64,000 nucleotides of DNA. Source: an uncultured virus (IMG/VR IMGVR_UViG_3300009151_004315) (Duplodnaviria > Heunggongvirae > Uroviricota > Caudoviricetes). Position 1 is the stretch's first letter. Every line of letters starts with the position of its first letter. The notes beneath the pieces were generated by a model, which made no database searches, was not told where the DNA came from, and worked only from the letters and a program-made list of their open reading frames with translations. Of the stretch, positions 40,624 to 49,714 are shown piece after piece. A program made the position numbers and the translations under genes. The stretch lies in IMG/VR virus record IMGVR_UViG_3300009151_004315, positions 1 through 64,000 of that record, one strand, 5' to 3'.

Positions 40624-40848
40624 TTAGCCACGAATTTCAAATGCAAATTCAGTGCCGGATCTAGTGACATAAATCTTACGGCCATAGACCGTGATATAAC
40701 CCCACTCACCGTCTTGGTAAATGTCGTGCGGGTCCTTTTCAATAGTGACATTACGGACTATTTCACAGAAACCATTGCGCCATGTAGGCAGTTTCTGCTT
40801 AAAATACTTATCGTTGTCACGTTGAACAATGAAGATTTTTGATTTCAT
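40624..40848 (-). CDS. Early cassette gene, probably leaderless
   Basis: ATG 6 nt after TATAAT (MKSKIFIVQR). Confidence 0.6.
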   Translation of the reverse strand: MKSKIFIVQRDNDKYFKQKLPTWRNGFCEIVRNVTIEKDPHDIYQDGEWGYITVYGRKIYVTRSGTEFAFEIRG

Positions 40849-40879
40849 AAATGTATTATACACCCAAATCCATTTATTG

Positions 40880-41146
40880 TCAAATTTTGTATGAGCAATA
40901 ACCACGGATTTTGCTTTGCTTATTGGTAAAACTCTCATTGAATTTTACTTCATAACCCTTGGATTTAAGAGCCGTCATCAGTGTTGACAGGTCACAGTCT
41001 TCCTCAAGGAAAGCATTAGTACCATTTTGGTAACTGTAAGGGGTGATTTTATCAGCGATACCAAGACTGACCAACTTAGCTTTGGGGAAGCGAGCCCAGG
41101 CGTGTCCGGGGTCACCAAATACTTTGATAGAGATTTTCTTTGTCAT
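40880..41146 (-). CDS. Early cassette gene, hypothetical
   Basis: DPGHAW...FLEEDCD motif; its stop codon is the TGA inside the next TTGACA. Confidence 0.7.
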   Translation of the reverse strand: MTKKISIKVFGDPGHAWARFPKAKLVSLGIADKITPYSYQNGTNAFLEEDCDLSTLMTALKSKGYEVKFNESFTNKQSKIRGYCSYKI

Positions 41147-41217
41147 TTCATAGTCCTTTATTTAACTGTCTAAGACTCTATTATAGCACAGTGTCCATTT
41201 AATGTCAAATTTTAGGT

Positions 41218-41241
41218 AAAAAAAGCCCCAAAAACAGGGGC
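41218..41241 (-). terminator. Intrinsic terminator upstream of cassette array 2
   Basis: GCCCC-7 nt-GGGGC followed by U7. Confidence 0.75.
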
Positions 41242-41261
41242 ATTTTTATGAACTAAAAGTA

Positions 41262-41531
41262 TTACTTTTTAGTAGTACCTTGGTTTACAAAACCGTACAT
41301 CTTTTCAGCAGTTTCAAGGATCTTGTCTAGACCAGGAAACTCTGGCATGTTTACTTTGTTAACAATTTGTCCGGTCTTCTCATCACGTTCGGCACTGACT
41401 TCCCAGCCCATGTATTTGGCATGATACTCTTGACCTACTAAGTCTTTAGCCATTGATAAAATATCGGTACGAATTTCGTAGCCATTTTTATTGAATTTAA
41501 CTTCTGGTAGTTTTGGTGTGTAGTCTGTCAT
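41262..41531 (-). CDS. Hypothetical phage protein
   Basis: NGYEIRTDILSMAKD...ILETAEKMYGFV. Confidence 0.7.
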   Translation of the reverse strand: MTDYTPKLPEVKFNKNGYEIRTDILSMAKDLVGQEYHAKYMGWEVSAERDEKTGQIVNKVNMPEFPGLDKILETAEKMYGFVNQGTTKK

Positions 41532-41554
41532 TTTATTTCCTTAAAAAGTGTGTG

Positions 41555-41831
41555 TTAATTGTAGTTTGTTTTGACTGGAATGTCAACGGGTTTTGGTAAT
41601 GTACCATGATTAACCCACTCCCAGTCTTCGTCAGTCATAGGTTGCCATTGATTCATATCCAACCTTTAAATTCATTGTCAATGATTGGATGTACTTCCCA
41701 ACCTTCATTAGCCCATTTGAATAGCATGATTAGGTCGTTGATACATCTCATTTTACTTTGCCCGCTTTGTATACTTTAAAGTCTCGGACTGTTTGTACTA
41801 TTGATAATAGTAGTTGTTTGATTTTGTTCAT
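41555..41831 (-). other. Three ATGA-coupled micro-ORFs (41748..41831, 27 aa; 41653..41751, 32 aa; 41555..41656, 33 aa)
   Basis: Read manually; each start overlaps the previous stop. Confidence 0.55.
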
Positions 41832-42022
41832 AGATACCTCTGTTGTGATTTTCTTTCAAATTCATTAGTCAACCGTTCAATATCACCAATATCCTTGGGA
41901 TTTTTACTATTGATATATTGCTCCAATTGACTACCATATGATTGGTTAGATAGCAATCCCAATAAAGGAATTGCTATGCCAATCACAGTCATTGTAATGA
42001 TTGTGAGTAATACTGATATCAT
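41828..42022 (-). CDS. Small membrane protein with DUF3563-like C-terminus
   Basis: TM helix followed by LEQYINSKNPKDIGDIERLTNEFER. Confidence 0.5.
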   Translation of the reverse strand: MISVLLTIITMTVIGIAIPLLGLLSNQSYGSQLEQYINSKNPKDIGDIERLTNEFERKSQQRYL

Positions 42023-42023
42023 A

Positions 42024-42293
42024 TTACTTAGATTTTTTTGTATTGAAAGCAGGAACCATTGCTTTGAATTGGTCACTCATTTCTGTGTAGAAATCTTTGC
42101 TTGTGAAAATCATACCCATAGCCATCATAGATTGCATTCCTGCATCTGCGGCTTGTTTTGTATATTTTGATTGTGCATCAACAAATGTAATCATTGCTGA
42201 TTTGATGCCGTCGTGTTGAACTGTTTGTTCTACGAATTTCTTTTTAAAGTCTGAAACGCCGTCAATAAAGGCGTAAGTTGCTGTGTTAAACAT
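42024..42293 (-). CDS. Small helical protein, phasin-like
   Basis: Amphipathic helical pattern; AGGAG SD. Confidence 0.45.
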   Translation of the reverse strand: MFNTATYAFIDGVSDFKKKFVEQTVQHDGIKSAMITFVDAQSKYTKQAADAGMQSMMAMGMIFTSKDFYTEMSDQFKAMVPAFNTKKSK

Positions 42294-42575
42294 TTTATAT
42301 CTCCTATGTGTGTGTTTAAAATTGAGTTTTTATGAAGAACTCGTAACTTCATATATATTTATGCCTAGTCATATATTTCTCTATATTTCGACATAGCCAT
42401 TTCTCTAGCCAGAAACAATCTTAATTGTACATAATCACTTAATTCCTCATCGTCATGTAAAGACGTTTCAATCTTTAATATGATACGACGGGAATTAACT
42501 AATATGTCCTCATCATCAATTAGAACCTGATTTGGATCAAGTCCCCAAGTCCTAATTGCTATGAGTCTATATGGA

Positions 42576-42845
42576 TTACTTCTTAGGAGCTTCGGCTTTT
42601 TTATCTTCGGCTTTTGCTGGGGCTGGACTAGCAGGCTTTGCGTCACTTTTAGTGTCTGCCTTGGGAGCATCCTTTTTCTTAGCTAATTTCATTTCAGCTT
42701 TTGGAGCTTCTGTTTTAGCAGGTGCAGCCGGTGCTACTGCTGCCGGAGTAGTAGTTGCTGGGGCTGTAGTTGCTTTTGCTGGCTCAGCGGCAAAAGCTGT
42801 TGCTACTGATAATGTTGTGATTAGGGCGATTGCTAATGTTTTCAT
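42576..42845 (-). CDS. Secreted Ala/Lys/Pro-rich low-complexity protein
   Basis: Signal peptide ending AFA; AKP-rich tail. Confidence 0.7.
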   Translation of the reverse strand: MKTLAIALITTLSVATAFAAEPAKATTAPATTTPAAVAPAAPAKTEAPKAEMKLAKKKDAPKADTKSDAKPASPAPAKAEDKKAEAPKK

Positions 42846-42936
42846 TTTAAGTTTCCTTTAAGTTAATGAAGTAGATTTATGTGTCTACATATATATAACG
42901 CAGTAGCTATTGATTCCGTTGACATAAATACATATT

Positions 42937-43428
42937 ATGTTATATATATCTTATCAAGGAATCTACGATGGCCAAGACTATGAAAGTGCCAATACTCCCA
43001 AACAAATAAACAAAGCATTGGGTAAAGGCTATAGTTGTTTAATAGACGTTTGGAGAGTAGACAACAAATTGTATGTAGGAAATGGTCAACCGTTAATTGA
43101 AGTAACCGAGAAATATATACAGGGTAATAGATTTTGGATTAATGCTGTAAACACTGATATGCAAGATTGGATAGCTACACAATCAAGTACATTGTATCCA
43201 AACTACTTTAATTTTGCGGCAAGTACCCCGCCCCCACCATATGCTACTGCTAGTAATGGGAAACTGATTACTCCCGGAACTGTACCTATCAATAGTAATA
43301 GTGTTATGTTTTTACCAGAGATAAACGACCGTAGCTTATATACTATGGTTAAGGTAAAAAGCTACGGAATATGTAGCGGATTTTTAACCCTTATTAAACG
43401 TATGCGTAATGAAGGTGTTTGGTATTAA
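42937..43428 (+). CDS. GDPD/PLC-like phosphodiesterase-fold protein, degenerate
   Basis: ISYQG...ANT...ALGKGYSCLIDVW aligns by eye with IAHRG...ENT...A..G...ExDV. Confidence 0.5.
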   Translation: MLYISYQGIYDGQDYESANTPKQINKALGKGYSCLIDVWRVDNKLYVGNGQPLIEVTEKYIQGNRFWINAVNTDMQDWIATQSSTLYPNYFNFAASTPPPPYATASNGKLITPGTVPINSNSVMFLPEINDRSLYTMVKVKSYGICSGFLTLIKRMRNEGVWY

Positions 43429-43589
43429 CCACCACGCCCAGTACGTCTAACTACGCTAGCACCACCAAATCCTTTGCTAGGTTTGGGTGATTTTTGTTCT
43501 GTTTTCTTTCCATTAATCATTGGTGCATTTTTCTTTTTAGCTTCATTGGCTAAATTAATGAATGGATTTGGGTTTTTCTTTTCTGTCAT
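43425..43589 (-). CDS. Small basic protein (54 aa)
   Basis: Read manually: MTEKKKPNPFINLANEAKKK...RRTGRGG. Confidence 0.55.
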   Translation of the reverse strand: MTEKKNPNPFINLANEAKKKNAPMINGKKTEQKSPKPSKGFGGASVVRRTGRGG

Positions 43590-43990
43590 TTTCTTACCTT
43601 TATTGAATCTAAGTAACTTACTATATCACCATATAGTTCAATCATCATAGCAATTTTGCTATCATATAATCTTATGTATGGTTTCTTTTTCTTACCTTCA
43701 ATCTTATTTACACCCAAGTAGAAGGGGCATTTGATTTTTTTATTAATCTCCATAACATAAGCATGTTCACTAGTTCCCTCTCTAAGTTTAAAATCAGATT
43801 GATAATATTCAATCTCTGCCATTCTAAAAATGAAATCTCCATATTCTGTTAGTCGTAATCCATCTTGTCTACCACTGATCCATATACGCATCATTAAATT
43901 ATCCGCAGTGGAATCAATGCTTTTATTAGCAGGTAGTTCGGCCAATACGGCTTCGGTTATAATTTGTTTGATTGACTTACGATTAGTCAT
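43586..43990 (-). CDS. Hypothetical phage protein
   Basis: GLRLTEYG motif. Confidence 0.65.
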   Translation of the reverse strand: MTNRKSIKQIITEAVLAELPANKSIDSTADNLMMRIWISGRQDGLRLTEYGDFIFRMAEIEYYQSDFKLREGTSEHAYVMEINKKIKCPFYLGVNKIEGKKKKPYIRLYDSKIAMMIELYGDIVSYLDSIKVRK

Positions 43991-44276
43991 CTGGATAAAC
44001 TTTTTGGCCGTTGTTCATAAAAACGACACTAAATTTATCAGTTTTGAATTGTGCGTTTAATTTACGACACAGGTTCCTAGCGTGACCAGGATTGCTGAAG
44101 CTAGTTTTTTTATATTTTGGAGTTGCATCCGGATCTTGATAATGTTGGCTTTTTAAATTGATAGGTTGGTTATCATAGAAGACAGCCCAAATTCCTGCAG
44201 CCTCAACAATTTGATCGCACTTGTATGTATTCTTATCTACGATTTCTAACAAAATCTTTGGTTGTGTCCTAGACAT
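43983..44276 (-). CDS. Hypothetical phage protein
   Basis: PKYKKTSFSNPGHARNL. Confidence 0.7.
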   Translation of the reverse strand: MSRTQPKILLEIVDKNTYKCDQIVEAAGIWAVFYDNQPINLKSQHYQDPDATPKYKKTSFSNPGHARNLCRKLNAQFKTDKFSVVFMNNGQKVYPDD

Positions 44277-44470
44277 TAAAATCTACCGCCGTTAATTTCT
44301 AGTTGAATAACATTATCATCGGTTGCTTTTTTGGTATTAAGTAACTCATAATTTTCTGCTATTAACTTAGCTATCTCATCACGCAATGTTCTAGCCTCAT
44401 CTATGGGCAAAACTAAATTAGTCCCCTTAGTGGCTGAAACCTTGTCAATGAAACGCTTTATAATAATCAT
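44276..44470 (-). CDS. Hypothetical protein
   Basis: ORF track; ATAAATA 4 nt upstream. Confidence 0.6.
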   Translation of the reverse strand: MIIIKRFIDKVSATKGTNLVLPIDEARTLRDEIAKLIAENYELLNTKKATDDNVIQLEINGGRF

Positions 44471-44934
44471 ACATTATTTATCAAGGCCTCAGCTTCTTCT
44501 TCAGTTTTAAACGGACCTTGATACTGATAACGCTGGATAAAGATGTATTTAGGGCAAAAAATTGATTTTTCTTCACTACCTTGCTTAAATGTGTACCATC
44601 CTGCGGCATGATAGCACTTACTTTTGGGAGTTTTAGTAAACAAATGTAATTTGCGTTTGATATCTAATACTGAATTATATACCTTATTTGTTGTGGGATA
44701 TTCATTGAATGGTACTTCTTTCTTATCACTACTAAATTTACTGAAGGTTAGAAATTCAATATTTGCTATTTTTTTAATAGTTTTTGTATTTTTGTAATGT
44801 GTTTTATTTCCGTTAAGTTTTACCTCAAATCCAGATCCATCAGCAAGTACATTGCCGACTTTCTCTGTACCATCAGTAACAATCCAGAATTGATTTTTAA
44901 CTACAGGTTTTGCAATTAATGTTTTATTAGTCAT
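44467..44934 (-). CDS. Hypothetical phage protein
   Basis: FCPKYIFIQRYQYQGPFKT. Confidence 0.7.
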   Translation of the reverse strand: MTNKTLIAKPVVKNQFWIVTDGTEKVGNVLADGSGFEVKLNGNKTHYKNTKTIKKIANIEFLTFSKFSSDKKEVPFNEYPTTNKVYNSVLDIKRKLHLFTKTPKSKCYHAAGWYTFKQGSEEKSIFCPKYIFIQRYQYQGPFKTEEEAEALINNV

Positions 44935-45209
44935 TTTTTTCTTTTCTTTGTTTCAGGTTCATCGTCAAAATTTGTTAATCGTGTGACACCCTTATGCGTA
45001 CATATTAACACATTTGTATATCTATTGTCAACCTTTAAAGGTAAATCTAAATGAATATGTAATTCAGGACCTCGAACTTCACTAATTACAGTATCATTGC
45101 CCACACTACCTATCCAACGTATTTTACCATACATCCCGGTCACTCTAGCCATAAATTCATATTTAGGCTTATATCTATGTTGTTCGAAATATTCAGCTAG
45201 ACTTGCCAT
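44931..45209 (-). CDS. Hypothetical protein
   Basis: ORF track. Confidence 0.6.
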   Translation of the reverse strand: MASLAEYFEQHRYKPKYEFMARVTGMYGKIRWIGSVGNDTVISEVRGPELHIHLDLPLKVDNRYTNVLICTHKGVTRLTNFDDEPETKKRKK

Positions 45210-45393
45210 TTTTTAATTCCATAACAGGTGCAATATTATTATCAAAAATCTGAGCCATTGTCTTATACAATCCTTTACGCTCGTCCGGCGTCATTCCTGC
45301 TACCCAGGGAGGACCATTTGGATCTTTATCTAATCCATAATCATGTCGATATGTATAACACATATCAGTAATGACTTCTTCCCGTGATTTCAT
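45193..45393 (-). CDS. Hypothetical protein
   Basis: ORF track. Confidence 0.6.
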   Translation of the reverse strand: MKSREEVITDMCYTYRHDYGLDKDPNGPPWVAGMTPDERKGLYKTMAQIFDNNIAPVMELKNGKSS

Positions 45394-45590
45394 TATAGTT
45401 GAAACTTTTTCAAGTACTCTTTAGCCAAATTATAATCTTCTACAACTGGCTCATCTAACATTTTTCTGTATTCAATAATGATTTCCATAGCATAGGCCTG
45501 ATCCTCATCTTCTAATGAGTACCACCACTCTTGTAATTCTTCCGGTGTTTTGTTTAAAATATATTGTAAGTTGTTGTAATCTCTACTCAT
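45393..45590 (-). CDS. Hypothetical protein
   Basis: ORF track; SD present. Confidence 0.6.
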   Translation of the reverse strand: MSRDYNNLQYILNKTPEELQEWWYSLEDEDQAYAMEIIIEYRKMLDEPVVEDYNLAKEYLKKFQL

Positions 45591-45599
45591 ATTATTCTC

Positions 45600-45794
45600 C
45601 TAGTTTTCCCAAGTTTCAAATCCAAAATGTTTTTTAATCAAATCATTAGCCTTGTACGGTTCTGCATTATCAGCAATATCAGCACATTCCTTGACAATCA
45701 ACTCGGCTAACTTTCCTACATTGTCAACATTCATCCATTTGCCACTAACGTCGGTTCCCACTTGTGTAATCAATTCTTTAATTCGTTCACTCAT
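45600..45794 (-). CDS. Small protein, EKFAELIV-x-x-C family
   Basis: ERIKEL...KLAELIVKECADIAD...IKKHFG. Confidence 0.6.
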   Translation of the reverse strand: MSERIKELITQVGTDVSGKWMNVDNVGKLAELIVKECADIADNAEPYKANDLIKKHFGFETWEN

Positions 45795-46792
45795 ACTAAA
45801 CTTCCCTTATATGGACTGTTCAACCATTTCGAATATATTTCCGCTTGTGCGCTAATTTTTTGTAAATCATACTTGCCACAGAATTTTAGAAAGTGTAGAC
45901 CCACTTGAGGAATAGTCTCAACTCGGACACTTTCACGAATACGTTGATCCACAGCATCTTTAATTTCTTGGGGCTGTGCAGTCAAGTCAATGAGGGTTTT
46001 GTTGCGCTCAAATGCATCTTTAACTCGCACCTCAACATTATTGTGATCGACAAAACGTTGCAACATAAAATTATTATAATTAAAGCCCATTTTATTTCGA
46101 TCCTCAAATGCTTCACGAATACCAACTTTATTCTTAGTGCCTTTTTCTCTGGCCCCGGGGTACGCCGCAAATACGTTGTCGCTTGAATCACCTCTGACCA
46201 ATTTTTTAAATAATCCGTACTCGGGATCTTCTAAGAGTTTTGGTTCTTTAGTTTTCTTATCAATGACTGGTTTACCATTTTCTTTGAGATATCCATTAGT
46301 AGTTACAAGTTCATTGCCTACGCCATTATATCTAGAAACTTTGTCTGTAATGAGTTGGTCGTAATCCGTGTCTGTGGAAATTATGTAGTGCCGATCTGAT
46401 GGATGCAATGCGATGAAGCGGGCAATCATGTCATCTGCCTCAGCACGTTCGTGTCGCAGGACACTTACGTTGGTCTTGGATTGAATGTATTCTGTAAATT
46501 TTGAATACGTGTCCCAAAACATTTTTGATTCTTCAGCCTCTTCCTCAGTAATAGACATAGCATCTACTACACGATTTTTTTTATATGGAGCATATAAATC
46601 TTTGCGAAAGCTACGGCCTTCGAGACAGAAAACGCAGTGGTCAATTCCAAAACGTTTTACTGCTTGATTCACACTTGCTAGTGTAAGGTGCAAGGCCATG
46701 CCTATCTTCTCTTCCAAGGTACTAGAACGTGATGCCACGTGTCTAGCACGGAAGAAAGTATTTGCAGTATCGATGAGAGCGTATTTTGTCAT
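45791..46792 (-). CDS. 5'-3' exonuclease / T4 RNase H-like flap endonuclease
   Basis: LIDTAN, SFRK...YKKNR, EADD, STDTD and GDSSDN motifs. Confidence 0.9.
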   Translation of the reverse strand: MTKYALIDTANTFFRARHVASRSSTLEEKIGMALHLTLASVNQAVKRFGIDHCVFCLEGRSFRKDLYAPYKKNRVVDAMSITEEEAEESKMFWDTYSKFTEYIQSKTNVSVLRHERAEADDMIARFIALHPSDRHYIISTDTDYDQLITDKVSRYNGVGNELVTTNGYLKENGKPVIDKKTKEPKLLEDPEYGLFKKLVRGDSSDNVFAAYPGAREKGTKNKVGIREAFEDRNKMGFNYNNFMLQRFVDHNNVEVRVKDAFERNKTLIDLTAQPQEIKDAVDQRIRESVRVETIPQVGLHFLKFCGKYDLQKISAQAEIYSKWLNSPYKGSLV

Positions 46793-46798
46793 GTGTCT

Positions 46799-46827
46799 AT
46801 TATATACTACTATTTAGATGTTGTCAA
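46799..46827 (-). promoter_or_regulatory. sigma70 promoter ending 6 nt before the ATG
   Basis: TTGACA-17 nt-TATAAT-agacac-ATG. Confidence 0.75.
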
Positions 46828-46830
46828 GAT

Positions 46831-47262
46831 TTAAAACCCTTCAAGATACTTTTCTGGGTGCTTTAATGCGGTCTTCATAAAATCTTTAAGATTTGGTGTC
46901 TCTCTGGTTAATGGTAAATGTTTCTTTTTAACAATGAAGATACCAGGAATACGTGCGATTTTAGAACGATAATATTCTTCTAAAATATCCACTGTAATTC
47001 CAGTGTCCTTTATGCTAATGTATTCTGTGCGGTTGTAACCATTGAATTTAGAAAAGTGTTTTTTGAAGTAAGCTTTTCCATCTTCTTCTAGAGTACGAAT
47101 CTTACCCTCAAGCCCGGGCCGTGCGATACATGCAAAGTGAATGATAACTTGATTACCTCCTTTTGAATATCCACCGATACGAGAACCAAAATCCTCTGTA
47201 ATCCCGGGCTTTGAGTACAATTCTTTACCCTGCACTTCAGCAATGTAAAGTCCCTGTGTCAT
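46831..47262 (-). CDS. GIY-YIG/T5orf172-like protein
   Basis: GLYI...KPGIT...SRI...LEE...RTEY pattern. Confidence 0.45.
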   Translation of the reverse strand: MTQGLYIAEVQGKELYSKPGITEDFGSRIGGYSKGGNQVIIHFACIARPGLEGKIRTLEEDGKAYFKKHFSKFNGYNRTEYISIKDTGITVDILEEYYRSKIARIPGIFIVKKKHLPLTRETPNLKDFMKTALKHPEKYLEGF

Positions 47263-48563
47263 TATCCCACCAAATCTTGTGTTTCTTGGGGTAATGCATC
47301 AAACAATGTATAATCATTATCATCGTAGTCTTCCAAGAATGTCCTAGATATATTCTTAAATGTACCACCGTGTTTGTAATATATTTGCAATAACAGTGCT
47401 AAAGATGCATCAGCAGGTGTACTTGGTATCTTCTCATCTGGATTAGATTCCTTGTGCCAAGTTCTGAACGTGCCTTCAGCAAGTCGACGGAACTCTGCCG
47501 GAGAACCTGAAATGTTACGAATGATATTACCTAATGACATTACAAATTCTTTAATATCTTTTGATTTCAAAGACTTGTTACCTTTGATTTTATTACGCAA
47601 GTTAATCATAGGAATAACTTCAATAGAGTCAACACTCCGATAGTCCCAATTCCACTGATGAATTTGACACCACCAGTGTACTTCTTCGTCTGTCAAGTCT
47701 TTTAACAAGTCAACACGAACAAACGCACCCGGCAAATCTTTATTGTCATCATCTTCTTCATGTACCGGGACAATGCCATATGATTCCATGATAATCTGTT
47801 TAGCAAATGCTTCTTCGTATAATTCCTTAGTAACAGTATTTGGATTGTCTTGTCGCTTACACAAAACATAGTTCTTCCATTTATCAAAGTAAACCAGTCT
47901 ACGCTTGTCCTCGCCGTTAATACCCAAGAAGTGTTCACGTGCAAAAGTAAAATTGTGAAACTCAATCACTTGACATTTGATTTCAACATCAAGCCAATTG
48001 TCAGCAGAAATACCATCATCAGCAAAGTGACCCCATTTAGACAATACACCATATGATACTGCGGTATGTTGACCGTCAATGATGTAGTAATGATATTTGT
48101 TTTTAACTTTGATTTTAAGAATGTTAACGTATTGCACTTTCTTGGGATCAAAGTTCTCTACGATTTTCTTAATGTGACCATGAATTAATGGACGTTGAAC
48201 AGCAAGTGCGCTCAACAACTCACGCAATGGTATTGCTTCATAGTACGGTAAATTCTTGTAAGAAACTACCTTCTTACTTGTATTACGTTTTGCAATACCT
48301 GAAAGTTTATCATTCATAAATCCTTCAACCAATGCTTCAACAGTTTTAGCATCATGTTCATTGGGCTTCTTATCTAAAACGTTTACAGCACGTTCAGATG
48401 GGCTAATTGTATGGATATCTGCATCATCAAATGCAAACAAATCAATCGGTGTAGTGAGAATAGCCTTCATAAGTGCCTTTTTTACTTTCTTTGCGCTAGG
48501 TTTTCTTACTGGATCTTCTTTCGAAAGTTTTGCAGATTGTGTTTTTTTAGCTATAGTTACCAT
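47262..48563 (-). CDS. ParB-N/DGQHR-like domain protein
   Basis: VQRPL...YYIIDGQHT...FLGIN. Confidence 0.6.
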   Translation of the reverse strand: MVTIAKKTQSAKLSKEDPVRKPSAKKVKKALMKAILTTPIDLFAFDDADIHTISPSERAVNVLDKKPNEHDAKTVEALVEGFMNDKLSGIAKRNTSKKVVSYKNLPYYEAIPLRELLSALAVQRPLIHGHIKKIVENFDPKKVQYVNILKIKVKNKYHYYIIDGQHTAVSYGVLSKWGHFADDGISADNWLDVEIKCQVIEFHNFTFAREHFLGINGEDKRRLVYFDKWKNYVLCKRQDNPNTVTKELYEEAFAKQIIMESYGIVPVHEEDDDNKDLPGAFVRVDLLKDLTDEEVHWWCQIHQWNWDYRSVDSIEVIPMINLRNKIKGNKSLKSKDIKEFVMSLGNIIRNISGSPAEFRRLAEGTFRTWHKESNPDEKIPSTPADASLALLLQIYYKHGGTFKNISRTFLEDYDDNDYTLFDALPQETQDLVG

Positions 48564-48597
48564 GAAAAATTCCTATGAGTCAAGTTGATAAGTCTCT

Positions 48598-48626
48598 ATT
48601 ATAGACCCAAACGGATTAATTGTCAA
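48598..48626 (-). promoter_or_regulatory. Copy of the sigma70 promoter repeat
   Basis: TTGACAATTAATCCGTTTGGGTCTATAATAGAG. Confidence 0.75.
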
Positions 48627-49684
48627 GTTTTATCTAATTTGTATCCGGTTACAATAAGCCCATATTGTGAAAATTCACGGTAAAATGCATCGATATCATT
48701 ACCATAATATAGGAAACATTGTCCTCGGGTATTTACACTACTTTTTTTACCATCTACTGCAATAAAACTAATTCTATGGTCAGTGAAGCAAAGAGCATTA
48801 GCTGTATCTGCTAGTTTTTTAAACCAACCTGTGTCGGTTGAATTGTTACACAAAATGATAGCTTGTTCAAAATTAGATTTTTCTAGCTCGGTCAAAAACT
48901 TATTTACTGCTACTTTCATAAGAGGACCATATGGTGGATTTAACCATACTGATTTGGCATTCCAATCCTTTGAACACCCATCATCTTTTTCTGTGAATAT
49001 TCTTGAGGCTTTTACAGTTTCGTTTGCTTTGACACTACTAAACGGGTCCAAATCAATAGTTCCACCAAATACGTTACGTGCAGAATTTGTGTATTTTTCA
49101 GGTGTGTACCAGCTATCGCTGTCTCTATCTTTAGTATATGCTACGGGTGAAGAACCTACATATGCAATATTAACTTTTTTAGTGACCTTTTTCATTTGAT
49201 TATTTATCACTTGGTCAATTTTAGTACAAGTACCTTCATAATCAAGCGCAACAAATTTGTTGTTTTTTATGCGAGAGGCTTCTAAATTTATTGCTTCTAT
49301 AATAAGTTTCCCTCGCTTTTCTTTCCAATGCTTACCCATAGTTGCACACAAGTATTCTTGAAATATGCTTTTATTAGCATGAAATAATACACCAAGCATT
49401 TTTTCATCAACACTACCCGGTACCTCTTGTGTTTTCACTTCAATCCCTAATAAGGGAACAGTACCTTTAAACAAACCAAAATCGATTCTTCCAGGAGCAC
49501 CAAACCAATTAGTATATGGATATTGTTTAACTGCAACGATTTTATCTTTTGGAATTATAGAATTTTGAAATGCACTATATGATTCATAAATTGTAATTCC
49601 GCTTTTTATTAAATGAGCGGCAACTAATGAATCCCCTGCTTTACCTGAATCCTGTGCCAATGTGCCCTGACTGTGTTTAATCAT
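48623..49684 (-). CDS. Fusion of a PD-(D/E)XK nuclease domain and a phage-type DNA N6-adenine methyltransferase
   Basis: N-terminal GRIDF...IEVKTQ...GSVDEK; C-terminal WYTP, DLDPFS and VWLNPPYG. Confidence 0.75.
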   Translation of the reverse strand: MIKHSQGTLAQDSGKAGDSLVAAHLIKSGITIYESYSAFQNSIIPKDKIVAVKQYPYTNWFGAPGRIDFGLFKGTVPLLGIEVKTQEVPGSVDEKMLGVLFHANKSIFQEYLCATMGKHWKEKRGKLIIEAINLEASRIKNNKFVALDYEGTCTKIDQVINNQMKKVTKKVNIAYVGSSPVAYTKDRDSDSWYTPEKYTNSARNVFGGTIDLDPFSSVKANETVKASRIFTEKDDGCSKDWNAKSVWLNPPYGPLMKVAVNKFLTELEKSNFEQAIILCNNSTDTGWFKKLADTANALCFTDHRISFIAVDGKKSSVNTRGQCFLYYGNDIDAFYREFSQYGLIVTGYKLDKT

Positions 49685-49714
49685 TACTTGTGTCCTATAA
49701 TATTTTTGAATAAA

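Larger units (their letters stand above)
40563..41212 (-). repeat. Three more copies of the sigma70 promoter repeat
   Basis: -10/-35 spans at 40591-40619, 40855-40883 and 41180-41208. 40563-40599 is a 37-nt exact match to 19988-20024. Confidence 0.88.
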
